NCBI GenBank assembly: GCA_030428125.1
Contig: JAUIBF010000001.1
Coordinates: forward strand, 162,793-226,792
From: a bacterium
GTDB lineage: Bacteria; Patescibacteriota; Saccharimonadia; Saccharimonadales; SZUA-47
DNA length: 64,000 bases
Direction of reading: 5' to 3'
Shown: piece by piece, positions 28,649-39,100 of the stretch
Numbering within the stretch: the stretch's first letter is position 1
How the letters are laid out: each line of letters opens with the position of its first letter
Notes under the pieces: model-generated
Told to the model about the DNA's origin: nothing
What the model saw: only the letters and a program-made list of their open reading frames with translations
Database searches by the model: none
Program-made: the position numbers and the translations under genes

Positions 28649-31085
28649 ATTACACATTGAAGAATTTAGAGGTATCCGCCAATTAGATATTGATTTTAAG
28701 TATCAATCTTTTGCTGTTCATGGACCAAATGGTTCTGGTAAAAGCGGAGTGGTTGATGCAATTGGCTTTGCACTTAGTGGAACTATAGCGAGGCTAACTG
28801 GTGCTGGTACACGGTCAGTTTCGGTGAAGGCTCACGCTCCACACGTAATGAGCAAGGACGATCCTAGCTCGTCCCGGGTTTCACTTACGTTTAAAGATTT
28901 AGTTAGTGGACAGATTGGAACTATCACTCGGACGGTTCAAGACCCACAAGACTTTACACTTTCACCAGACACACCTGAGCTTAGAGCTGCGCTTGAAAGT
29001 GCACTTAAGCACCCAGAAATTACTCTATCTAGGAGAGAGATCATAAAGTTCATACTTGCAGAAGCAGGTAAAAGATCAGAGGAAGTGCAAGTGCTCCTGC
29101 AGCTAGATAAAATTGATGCAAATCGTAAGGTTCTGAAATCAACACAAAATAAAGTTGACTCAGACAAACGTAATGCCGCTCAACAAGCCACACAGGCGAA
29201 ACAAGCAATGGAATTACATCTTGGTATCAGCGATTTGGATGCAGAAAAAGTTAAGGACAAAATAAACCCGCATAGGAAAACCCTCGGTTTAACTGAATTT
29301 AAGAAAGTTGATCTTTCTACTAACTTGCGTGAAGGTTTGGATGAAAAAGACGAAGAGAAACCATTTGACAAAGAGACTGCCAAAAGAGAGGTCAAGGCAT
29401 ACGAAGACGCTATAAGCTCTTCGCCGACAATTCTTACGGAGACAGTAGTTGAATTAATCAAAGCCCTGAAAGAGCTGGACGATGACGCAAACCTAGAACA
29501 GCTTAAGAACAGGAGTTTTTTGGAGTCTGGACTTGAACTGGTTGCAGAAGAGGGGGTATGTCCACTTTGCGATAAAACTTGGCAAACGCCAGACGAACTC
29601 AGAGAGCACCTGAAGCATAAAATAGAAAGCTCAAAGGAAATAGCGAAAATCAGTGAGAATATCGTTCTAAAGGCAAATGACGTAAAGGATGCTATAGGAG
29701 ATGAGCGTGCACTATTGTCTCAGGTTCAGAAACTCTCTGTGAACTGGTCTGATGTTGACGATCAAAACTTATTTCAGTCAAGAATGGACTTGCTACTTGA
29801 GTTTGGTACATTGCTAAAAGATGCTAAAGGATGTGTTGACACACAAGACCGGCTGGAAGCCGGTGACTTAGATGCCAAGAGTGAGCTGCTTGAAGCAATA
29901 GGTAGACTTAAAGATAAGATTGATAAGCAGGCTGACACTTCCGAAAAATCAAAATCTCGTAGTCATCTCATACTGGCAGCTGAGAGATGGACCGCATTTG
30001 CTAATGCTAAAGTAAGCGAACAGCGTGCACTGAACTCATCAGAAAGAGCTGAGTTGGTTTACAAATCATACTGCAAGGTAGCTGATGCAGAACTAGAGGA
30101 GCTTTATGAAAGTGTTGAAGCAAGATTTAGTAAATTCTACGGTCAAATTAATAGTGATGACGAAGAGGGTTTCAAGGCCGAATTCAAACCTACGGCAGGA
30201 AAATTAGACCTTTTTGTTGATTTTTACGGCATAGGAATGTTTCCGCCCGGTGCATACCACAGTGAAGGTCATCAGGATGGTATGGGCATTTGCCTATACT
30301 TAGCCCTAGTAGAAAAAATACTGGGCAAAAATTTTAGCTTGTCTGTACTAGACGATGTAGTAATGTCTGTGGATGTAAATCACCGGAGACAGTTTTGCGA
30401 GCTACTACAAAAAGAATTTCCAGATACCCAATTTATTATTACTACCCACGATGAAATATGGGCAAAGCAAATGAAAACCACTGGGCTAATAGCTAGTAAA
30501 TCTGATATTCGCTTTAGGGGCTGGAGCGTAGATCATGGGCCTATATATGAACAAGGGGAAGAATTCTGGGACAGAATAGATGAAGACCTAAAGAAGGGTG
30601 ATGTTCCAAGCGCCTCTCATAAACTTCGTAGAGGTCTTGAGGCAGAGTTACCCGACATTGCTGAGGCAATGGCCGCAAAGGTAAAGTATCGTGGAGATGC
30701 AAAATACGAGCTTGGCGAGCTTACGGACGCCATAAAGTCTAGGCACGCTGGCTTATTAAAGTTGGCTAAAGAGTCAGCTAGTTCGTGGAACAAAAAGGAT
30801 GACCTTGAAAAAATAAAACAAATTGATAAGACACGAATTGAAGCAGCGCTTTCTCAGCAACGCGAGAACTGGGCAGTAAATTTACAGGTTCATTTCAACG
30901 ATTGGGCAGACATGTCTGTTAATGATTTTAAGCCTGTTGTGGAAGCGTGGCACACATTCTTAGACCTTTATAGATGCGGCAACGATGCTTGCGAGTCGTG
31001 GATAGGGGTAACTTACAACTCCGGTGCGCAAGAGAGTTTGCGTTGTCGCTGCGGCGAATACAATCTTAATTTATTGAAAAAGTAG
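28632..31085 (+). CDS. Rad50/SMC-like ABC ATPase with a coiled-coil CxxC zinc hook and a ~230-aa C-terminal domain. Candidate RloC-like anticodon nuclease / defence ATPase.
   Basis: Walker A GPNGSGKSGVVDAIGF. Long charged coiled coil with CPLCDKTW in the middle. Walker B/D-loop LSVLDDVVMSVD and H-loop FIITTHD. C-terminal RRGLEAE...(+35)...SRHAG, i.e. R-x3-E then His, as in the PrrC triad. Terminal Cys cluster CGNDACESW...CRCGEY. Confidence 0.7.
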   Translation: MIKLGELHIEEFRGIRQLDIDFKYQSFAVHGPNGSGKSGVVDAIGFALSGTIARLTGAGTRSVSVKAHAPHVMSKDDPSSSRVSLTFKDLVSGQIGTITRTVQDPQDFTLSPDTPELRAALESALKHPEITLSRREIIKFILAEAGKRSEEVQVLLQLDKIDANRKVLKSTQNKVDSDKRNAAQQATQAKQAMELHLGISDLDAEKVKDKINPHRKTLGLTEFKKVDLSTNLREGLDEKDEEKPFDKETAKREVKAYEDAISSSPTILTETVVELIKALKELDDDANLEQLKNRSFLESGLELVAEEGVCPLCDKTWQTPDELREHLKHKIESSKEIAKISENIVLKANDVKDAIGDERALLSQVQKLSVNWSDVDDQNLFQSRMDLLLEFGTLLKDAKGCVDTQDRLEAGDLDAKSELLEAIGRLKDKIDKQADTSEKSKSRSHLILAAERWTAFANAKVSEQRALNSSERAELVYKSYCKVADAELEELYESVEARFSKFYGQINSDDEEGFKAEFKPTAGKLDLFVDFYGIGMFPPGAYHSEGHQDGMGICLYLALVEKILGKNFSLSVLDDVVMSVDVNHRRQFCELLQKEFPDTQFIITTHDEIWAKQMKTTGLIASKSDIRFRGWSVDHGPIYEQGEEFWDRIDEDLKKGDVPSASHKLRRGLEAELPDIAEAMAAKVKYRGDAKYELGELTDAIKSRHAGLLKLAKESASSWNKKDDLEKIKQIDKTRIEAALSQQRENWAVNLQVHFNDWADMSVNDFKPVVEAWHTFLDLYRCGNDACESWIGVTYNSGAQESLRCRCGEYNLNLLKK

Positions 31086-31097
31086 AATAATACTTTT

Positions 31098-31715
31098 TCA
31101 ATAAGGTATCTGTTTGTTCAAAAGGATAATTTCTTTTAGCTTTTCTTCATCCGTTAAGTTGCGTATATGGTCACTTACAAAAGACGCAAGTTTTAACAGT
31201 AGCTCATCGCGAAGCATTTGGTGGTGGAAGTATATTATTTGCAGATCTTCTCCCTCAATACTAAGAGGTGGAGCAATCGCAACCGCCCTGTGCTTGTGGT
31301 GTTCGTCCCATTCCTCTACCACCTGGTTTGACCATTTGTTAACATCAAAACTAACGTTGGTTTCCAGACCTTTGTACTTATAGTATGAATAGAAACTATT
31401 TGATTGCCCTACATGCGCAAAGGGATGTCTGCCTGATTTCCAAAAAAGTTTGCACAATTCCTTATCCCAGCCCCAAGCATCATGTAATACATTCGCAATA
31501 GTTTGAACATTTGGAAAAGTCTTGCCGCTATAAAAAGTTACAAGCCATTCAATATATGAAAATGTGCTAGACCATAATGAAGATGCTTTAAGTGAGTAGA
31601 AACTATCTATGCCGTTGCTGTGAATGTCATCTGAGATTGTTTTTAGGTAGTTAATCCAGTTTGATGCTTTGTTATCAATGGCGTTCGCTTGGCTGTTATT
31701 TACACTTGGTATCAT
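31098..31715 (-). CDS. Hypothetical Trp/Tyr-rich protein, convergent with the ATPase gene.
   Basis: ORF only. Confidence 0.45.
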   Translation of the reverse strand: MIPSVNNSQANAIDNKASNWINYLKTISDDIHSNGIDSFYSLKASSLWSSTFSYIEWLVTFYSGKTFPNVQTIANVLHDAWGWDKELCKLFWKSGRHPFAHVGQSNSFYSYYKYKGLETNVSFDVNKWSNQVVEEWDEHHKHRAVAIAPPLSIEGEDLQIIYFHHQMLRDELLLKLASFVSDHIRNLTDEEKLKEIILLNKQIPY

Positions 31716-31900
31716 GCGAGAATTATAACAAAGCTGTCCTTGGTATGATTAACAAGAGTCACGAACATTATCTAAAATTTTCAGTAGATAATTTTCTCCT
31801 TACCTATTTGTGATGATTGAATACTGGGAGCACTTGAAAGACTGCCGTCCACTATTGCGCCGAAAAGTTTGAGAACGTTCTGTAGCTCCGCACCAAGAAA

Positions 31901-31928
31901 AGAGAGCCCAGAACGGGCTCTTTTTTCT
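31901..31928. terminator. Hairpin agagccc-agaac-gggctct flanked by an A-tract and a T-tract. Bidirectional terminator.
   Basis: Seen in the sequence, followed by ttttttctt. Confidence 0.5.
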
Positions 31929-32023
31929 TGATTTGGTGGTGACTCTCAGATTCTCAACCTCATAAAAATAATTTATCCGTCGAGAGTTGTAGCCCTTTCT
32001 TGCCCGGCACGGTCAAGAAAGCC

Positions 32024-32042
32024 AGAGTCTCTTCACCCGCAC
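32024..32042 (+). repeat. attR core, direct repeat copy 2 (partial tRNA-Gly 3' end).
   Basis: Identical to 25581-25599. Confidence 0.85.
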
Positions 32043-32134
32043 TATTCCATCAACCTAGCAGTACGCAAGGTATTTATGAATAGTAATTTTGAAGAGGTTG
32101 TGCTTTGTTTCAATGCTGAGTATATTACTAATAA

Positions 32135-34069
32135 ATGCTAAAGAAACTATACGAGGACAAGCAGCGAGTACTTTTTAGCTTAGCAGTAGGTATAGTGGGG
32201 GCAATTGCTTTGAGCGGAGTGTTCGCTTTTAACAACAGCGACAGTAAAGTATTCGAAGCTGAATCAAGTACAGTAAGTGGTTGCGTCAAATACAATAGTG
32301 ATTCAAACGCATCTGATGGGCAATATGTAGAATTTTCTGGTTCTGGATGTGATGATTCGGTTCTAGGTGAACTCAAAAAGTGGCATAAAGTAACGCTACT
32401 GTTTGAGGGGCCAAACACTAACGAAACTGCCACCCCTAATCCATTTACAGATTATCGTTTAGACGTTACGTTCACAAACGGTGACTCAACCTATGTCGTG
32501 CCTGGCTATTACGCGGCCGATGGCAATGCGGCTAACACTTCCGAAGATGCAGGCAATATCTGGCTGGCTCACTTTACACCGGATGAAACTGGCACCTGGA
32601 ACTACAGCGTGTCGTTCAAACAAGGTTCAGATGTGGCCATAGGTACTGGTGGAAATTCGGCTGGTTTTATGGATGGTATAACAGGAAATTTTGACGTAGC
32701 AGATAGCGACAAATCAGGCCGTGACCACCGAGCTACCGGAAGACTGGAGTATGTGGGTCAACACTATCTACGTTACGCAGAATCAGGTGATTATTTTATC
32801 AAAGCCGGCCCAGATGCTCCCGAAAACACACTGGCATATGAAGATTTTGATGCCACACCGGATGCTGGTGGTAGGCGAAAATCCTGGAGCCCCCACCAAC
32901 AAGATTATGTTGATTCAGATGCTAGTCCCTACACTTGGCAATCAGGCAAGGGTAGCGAGTTACTCGGAGCAATCAACTACCTGCACAACCAGGATATGAA
33001 TGCATTTTCATTCCTGACGCTGTCGATTAGTGGTGATGACGATAACGTCTACCCGTACGTTGCTAAAACTAGTGGTGCAACAGACTGGAATAATGTTCAT
33101 CATGACAGGTTTGATGTGTCTAAAATGGCACAGTGGGACAAAATTTTTGAATATGCCGACAAAAAAGGCATGTATTTGCATTTTAAGACTCTTGAAACCG
33201 AAAATGATAACTTAATGGACAATAACTCTTTTGGTCGTGAGCGAAAGCTGTACTACCGTGAGCTAATTGCCAGATTCGGTTACCATTTAGCGCTAAACTG
33301 GAACATTAGCGAAGAAGTAACTTTGCCAGAAGCCGTAGTCAAATCCACGGCAGCCTACATAAAAGATATTGATCCCTACTACCATAACATTGTCGTTCAC
33401 ACCTACCCAGGCGATACTAACAAATATGGTGGGCTGACAGGCAATCAGTCAGAGCTAACTGGCGCGTCTATGCAGATAAACATCACAGGGGTACACAGCG
33501 GCATCCGAACTTGGGTTGCTAATTCAGCAAATGCTGGCAAGAAATGGATAGTAGCCAATGATGAACAGGGCGGAGCTAATACTGGAGTAGACAAAGACCC
33601 TAACGATCGTGAACTAGTTCGTCGCGAAGTAATATGGGGTACTTTAATGGCTGGTGGAGCTGGTTTTGAATACTACTACGGTTACGGTACCGGTTGTACT
33701 GACCTGACGTGCCAGGATCATCGCACTCGTGCCAGCAAATGGGTAGATGCCAAAATTGCGAAGAATTTCTTTAATCAGTACCTGTCATTCTGGGAAATGG
33801 TGTCAAACGACGGTCGCACCAGTACCAGCAACGATTACGTCTATGAAAAACCTGGTGAAGTTTACGCAATTTATCTAGAAAATGGTGGCACAACCAGTAT
33901 TAATCTTAGTGGACAGTCAGGTTCTTTTAGCGTGAAGTGGTATGATCCTAGAAATGGTGGTGACCTATCCGATGGATCGGTAACCTCTATAAACGGTGGT
34001 GCTAACCGTTCCATTGGTAATCCGCCCAATTCCTCGTCTTCTGACTGGGTAGTTTTAGTAAAAAAGTAG
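32135..34069 (+). CDS. Secreted protein with a CBM6/35-like N-terminal domain followed by a probable glycoside-hydrolase-like (TIM-barrel) domain.
   Basis: Signal anchor VGIVGAIALSGVFA. FEAESSTVSG...SNASDGQYVEFSGSG motif. The central region has alternating hydrophobic and acidic features typical of CAZymes. The family assignment is uncertain. Confidence 0.5.
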   Translation: MLKKLYEDKQRVLFSLAVGIVGAIALSGVFAFNNSDSKVFEAESSTVSGCVKYNSDSNASDGQYVEFSGSGCDDSVLGELKKWHKVTLLFEGPNTNETATPNPFTDYRLDVTFTNGDSTYVVPGYYAADGNAANTSEDAGNIWLAHFTPDETGTWNYSVSFKQGSDVAIGTGGNSAGFMDGITGNFDVADSDKSGRDHRATGRLEYVGQHYLRYAESGDYFIKAGPDAPENTLAYEDFDATPDAGGRRKSWSPHQQDYVDSDASPYTWQSGKGSELLGAINYLHNQDMNAFSFLTLSISGDDDNVYPYVAKTSGATDWNNVHHDRFDVSKMAQWDKIFEYADKKGMYLHFKTLETENDNLMDNNSFGRERKLYYRELIARFGYHLALNWNISEEVTLPEAVVKSTAAYIKDIDPYYHNIVVHTYPGDTNKYGGLTGNQSELTGASMQINITGVHSGIRTWVANSANAGKKWIVANDEQGGANTGVDKDPNDRELVRREVIWGTLMAGGAGFEYYYGYGTGCTDLTCQDHRTRASKWVDAKIAKNFFNQYLSFWEMVSNDGRTSTSNDYVYEKPGEVYAIYLENGGTTSINLSGQSGSFSVKWYDPRNGGDLSDGSVTSINGGANRSIGNPPNSSSSDWVVLVKK

Positions 34070-34100
34070 AAAAACCTAAGTCCCAAGTAAAAATTATCTG

Positions 34101-35321
34101 TTGTTTTACAGCATAATGCCCGATAGTTTTATTGATATAATAACTACTGAAATGACAGAAAAAGCAAAAAAGATATTGCGACCCTTGTATTACTTTGCAT
34201 TTATTGAGGCGTTGATTTTCTGGTACGCAATAGAGAAGCTTTTATGGGACAATTCTGGACTGACAGCAGATCAGATAGTAATCCTCGGGATTATCGCACA
34301 GAGTAGTCAGGTGCTTATCGAAGTACCTTCCAGTATTATTGCTGACAGGTGGAGCCGCAGAAAAACATTAATTGCCTCGTCGTCTTTTATGCTGTTCGCA
34401 ATAGTTATAGTTTTGGTCGAGCAGTCGTTTATGTCCTTTTTAATAATGTCCTTGATGTGGGCTTTCTACTATGCGTTTCAATCAGGCACGGTGAACGCCT
34501 ACGTATACGACTTACTAAAAGAAGGTGGAGAAGAATCTCAATACAGAAAAGCTGTGTCTAGGTATGCCACGTTTCAACTAACGGGCTTATTGGTGTCTTC
34601 GCTTGGTGCAAGTTTGTTAATCAAGTTCGGTGGCTTTCTGATGCCTTATTGGGTAACACTTTTGCCAACTGCCGTGGCTATACTGATTTTAATTAAAATG
34701 AAAGACCCCCCAATCGAAAGGACCGAAGATTCACTAGGTAGCGCACTTAATCACGTCAGGAGCTCTATTAGGAATGTAGCAGCCAAAAGATGGTTGCGGT
34801 TAATTTTTCTGGGATTAGCTTTCGTAACAGCCGCAAGGTTTATCTGGTATGAGTACTACCAGCTATTTGCGTTAGAGCGTGAAGTTGCGGCTGTTTTATT
34901 TGGCATAATGTTGGCTCTTATTCATGCTGGTAATATTCTTGGTTCAGAATTCGCCCATAAAGTAAAAAGCCCAAATAAAGTCTTAGCCACAGCTTTTTCA
35001 GCCATGTTAGTCAGTAGTTTAGTGCTAATTTTTGTTTCGAATCAATTTGCGATAATCGGGTTCTTAATATTGAGCTTCTTTGGCTCACAGGCTAGTTCTA
35101 TAGTTTTGGATGAAAGCCTCCAACACCAAACGAAATCTGAGCTAAGGGCTACAACGCTGTCCCTAGTTGGATTGTTAAGCAGAGTCTTTTTCGGGGCAGG
35201 AGCACTGTCGATTATTATATTTGATAGCACTGCCAGTGCAATTGCTGCAACTTCAGCAGCGCTCTTTTTAGGAACTCTGGTTTACTTGCCGGTTAGAAGA
35301 AGGCTAATTTCTGTGGACTAG
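34101..35321 (+). CDS. MFS transporter.
   Basis: About 10-12 TM helices. MFS motif A-like IADRWSRRKTL. Confidence 0.7.
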   Translation: MFYSIMPDSFIDIITTEMTEKAKKILRPLYYFAFIEALIFWYAIEKLLWDNSGLTADQIVILGIIAQSSQVLIEVPSSIIADRWSRRKTLIASSSFMLFAIVIVLVEQSFMSFLIMSLMWAFYYAFQSGTVNAYVYDLLKEGGEESQYRKAVSRYATFQLTGLLVSSLGASLLIKFGGFLMPYWVTLLPTAVAILILIKMKDPPIERTEDSLGSALNHVRSSIRNVAAKRWLRLIFLGLAFVTAARFIWYEYYQLFALEREVAAVLFGIMLALIHAGNILGSEFAHKVKSPNKVLATAFSAMLVSSLVLIFVSNQFAIIGFLILSFFGSQASSIVLDESLQHQTKSELRATTLSLVGLLSRVFFGAGALSIIIFDSTASAIAATSAALFLGTLVYLPVRRRLISVD

Positions 35322-35421
35322 TCCTTAAGTGCTGCGGTCAGCTTTGTTTTCAAGAACACTAGACCTAGATGGTTCGCCAAGAGCCGTAAAACTTTAACTG
35401 TGTTTTTGCTAGTATTGAACT

Positions 35422-36003
35422 ATGGATATGAAGATCTTTGCAGGCCTGCTGACCCTGATTCTGGCAATAATTTCCTATGGTATTTACATGTATGCAGTTG
35501 CCAGACAAGGGACCAAGCCTCATATGTATTCCTGGTTGCTATGGAGTATTCTTGCAGCGATAGGATTTTTCGGACAGGTTAGTGATGGTGCAGGTCCAGG
35601 TGCATGGAATACTGGCATAACTGCGATAGGTTGCTTCACCATTTTCATAATTGCAACTAAAAGAGGGGATAGATATTTAAGCAATGTAGATCGGATTCTG
35701 TTATTTTTAGCTTTCATTGCTGTGGGGGTACAAGTATTCTGGAGTAATCACACGTTGGCTGTAACTCTGGCAACATTGACAGCATTAGTTGGGTTTGTTT
35801 TTACACAAAAGAAGGTATTCAAAAGCCCACATGAGGATTCTTGGCCAACATTCTTTATTAATGCAAATCGCAATCTAATATCCTTGTTTGCTTTATCAAC
35901 CATTTCTTATCTAACGTTCTTCTATCCGTTTATGATGTTTCTTGCTAATTTGTCAGTTGCTTTTACGATTATATTGATGCGACGCTACAAGTCTGCAAAG
36001 TAG
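35422..36003 (+). CDS. Integral membrane protein (about 6 TM).
   Basis: Hydropathy only. Confidence 0.5.
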   Translation: MDMKIFAGLLTLILAIISYGIYMYAVARQGTKPHMYSWLLWSILAAIGFFGQVSDGAGPGAWNTGITAIGCFTIFIIATKRGDRYLSNVDRILLFLAFIAVGVQVFWSNHTLAVTLATLTALVGFVFTQKKVFKSPHEDSWPTFFINANRNLISLFALSTISYLTFFYPFMMFLANLSVAFTIILMRRYKSAK

Positions 36004-36145
36004 GTCAATTTGTATTGCCGCCAGGTTTCTTCAAAAAGGCCATTCAATCTATACCACATTAGCTATATTGTAAAATTTACCAAAATGTTTGGAAATACAT
36101 AGCTGTACTGCCATAGTAAGAAGCAACAAACTATCAGGAGGTGAC

Positions 36146-39100
36146 GTGCTTAGATTGCTCAATGTATTTACAAATGGTGGGGTTAAAAAAATAGCGTTCG
36201 TTGCTATTTTATTGGTAACTTTATCCGTCCCGGCGTTAATATTCGGGCAGGGTTCGTTTTTGAACACACCACATCTATCGTTTGATGGCTCTAACGATAA
36301 AGTAGACCTGCAGAATCTAGATATAAGTGGTAGTGCATTGACATTGGAAGTTAATTTTAACTCCAGTGACTTAGATAACTGTGGTAGCTATTTAGATTGT
36401 AGAATAATCTCTAAGTCCGTCGGTACAGCGGACCAAGATCATTATTGGATGCTTTCAACAATAAAAAATAGTAGCAACCAAGCCGTACTTAGATTTCGTC
36501 TAAAAACTGGCAGTAGCACATCAACTCTTATTGCAAGTTCGGCCGTAGTTAACGAGAACGAATGGAATCATGTAGCTGCTACCTATGATGGTTCTATGAT
36601 GAGATTATATTTGAACGGTAACGAGGTTGGATCTGCGCCGAAATCCGGTAACTTAGCTACGAACTCTAGCGTAAATGCCTACATCGGTAACAACCCGGTT
36701 ACTTCTAAGCCGTTCGAAGGGTTAATTGATGATGTCAGAATCTGGAACATCGCTAGGACACAATCCGAAATTAGTGATAGCAGAGAAGCAGAACTTACTG
36801 GTTCTGAATCTGGTTTGGTGGGTTACTGGCGATTTAACGAAGGCGAAGGACAGTTTGCTCACGACTCATCTGGTAATTTAAACGATGGAATCCTTGGGGA
36901 TGCCGTATCTGTTGATAGTGCTGACCCAGTTTGGTTAAATCTTGCAGCTGACGTAGAACCACCTACACAAGTCACCAACGTAACAGCGGATGTCATATCC
37001 TCTAACCAGGTTAACCTAGACTGGGATGTTAGCAGTGACGATAGAGCAGTTACTCAATATGTTGTAGAGCGTAATCAAGTAGAAATCGCAGCTGTTTCGA
37101 GCAATGATTTTGTAGATACTGGCCTTAGCGAATTAACAACTTACGAATATGTTATTTATGCTGAAGACGAAGCTGGAAATCGCTCAGTTGGTTCAGAAGC
37201 GATCAGTGTTCAAACTCCTGTAGCCCCTGACACAGAGGCGCCCACAGTTCCACAGAATCTACAAGCTGTCGAGGTAAACGAAAGTCAAGTTGACCTAGCT
37301 TGGGAAGAGAGCACCGATAACGTAAGTGTAACCCACTACAACGTTCTAAGAGATGGTGCATTACTAGAAACAATTGTTGCTGCAAACACTTATACTGACT
37401 TAACCGTTACACCAGGTGTAACCTACACGTATGCTGTAAATGCAGTAGATGCAGCAGGTAATACATCGGCCGATAGTAATACAGTTCAGACTTTGATCCC
37501 AACTCCTCCCGATAACGATCCACCAACGACGCCACAAAATCTTCAAATCGTATCATCCACCGACGAAGAGGTTAACCTGGACTGGGACGATAGCACCGAC
37601 AACGTTGTGGTTCTTAGGTATTTGGTCGTACGCGACGGTGTTCAGATAGCAGAAGCGCCTAATTCAAGCTTCACGGACACCGAATTTACTATTGGTGTCG
37701 AACACACTTACGAAGTCTACGCCGAGGACGCATCCAGCAACATTTCTGCTGTGTCAAATCAAGTTTCAGTAACCGTCTTAGACACTACAAATCCTGAACT
37801 TGAGATAGTTAACCCTACGTCAGGACAGTACCTAACAGGAACAATCGCTTTGCACGCAGACGCAACTGATAACGTAGCTGTAGACTACGTCAGGATTTCT
37901 ATAGACGATGTAGAAGTTCATACGGCTTTTGATGCTCCATTTACTTTTGATTGGGACTCGACAACTGTGCCTGATGGCGAACATACAATCAGCTTTGAAG
38001 CATTTGATACCAGTGGAAATAGCAATCTAGCCAGTAGTACACACACAGTTATAAATGACTTTAGTGCAGTGCCACTACCTGGTGGTCAACACGTTGTATT
38101 TGATGGAAATAATGATCGAATTAACTTAGGTGCGCTTGAAGTTGGTTCAAACAGCCTGACTCTAGAAGCTTGGTTTAGAAGCGACGATTTAGGAAATTGT
38201 AGTTCAAATGATTGCCGAATTCTAACAAAGGCTAGTGGAGTAAATACCAACGATCACACCTGGATGCTTAGCACGATAAAGAGTGGCTCCTCAACAAATA
38301 TGAGGTTCAGATTAAAAACAAATGGTTCTACAGAAACGTTGATTTCTAACCAAAATGTCCCTGAGTCAGAATGGGTTCATGTGGCGGCTACTTATGACGG
38401 CAGCCAAATGCGAATTTACCAGAATGGCCAACTAGTCGGCCAACAAAATGAAACTGGTTCAATTACTTCAGAACCAAGCAAGCAGGCTTGGATTGGTTCC
38501 TCGCCAAACAGTGGGCTAAGACCTTGGCTAGGCGAGGTAGACGACGTGCGAATTTGGAATGTAGCGCGGAGCCAGCAGGAAATCGCAGATAACATGAACT
38601 ACGAACTGACAGGCGTAGAAGACGGATTGTTTGCTTACTATAAACTTAACGAAGGTGGTGGCCAGCTAGCCTACGATGCTACAGGCAACCAATCAAACGG
38701 AATTATTGGTTCTACCGATCAAGTTGATGACAACGACCCAGCTTGGGGATTAGAAGCTCCAGATACCGAAGCACCTTCGTCACCAGGCAACCTGCAGTCC
38801 GGATCAGTAACCGACAACTCGTTCACATTAGATTGGCAAGCCAGTACAGATAACGTTGCGGTAACTGCTTACGAAGTTGTCATAGACGGCGTTGTTCGGG
38901 AAGTTATCGGTACCCAAACAAGCTACCTAGTTGATAGCTTGCAACCATCCACGGAATATATAGCTCTCGTACGAGCTTACGATGCTGCTGGTAACCTGTC
39001 TAGCGACTCCAATCAAGTGATAGTTACGACAACAACTCCAGACACAACTGCACCTGTAGTCTCGATTGATTCGCCACTAGACAGTGCAGAATTAACGGGG

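Larger units (their letters stand above)
25581..32042. mobile_element. Integrated genomic island (~6.4 kb) inserted at the 3' end of tRNA-Gly. It carries a serine recombinase plus a Rad50/RloC-like ATPase module.
   Basis: A perfect 19-bp direct repeat agagtctcttcacccgcac occurs at 25581-25599 (tRNA T-arm/acceptor) and 32024-32042. Extended imperfect similarity ggtc(g/a)aga continues upstream of both copies. The recombinase gene abuts the left repeat. Confidence 0.65.
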
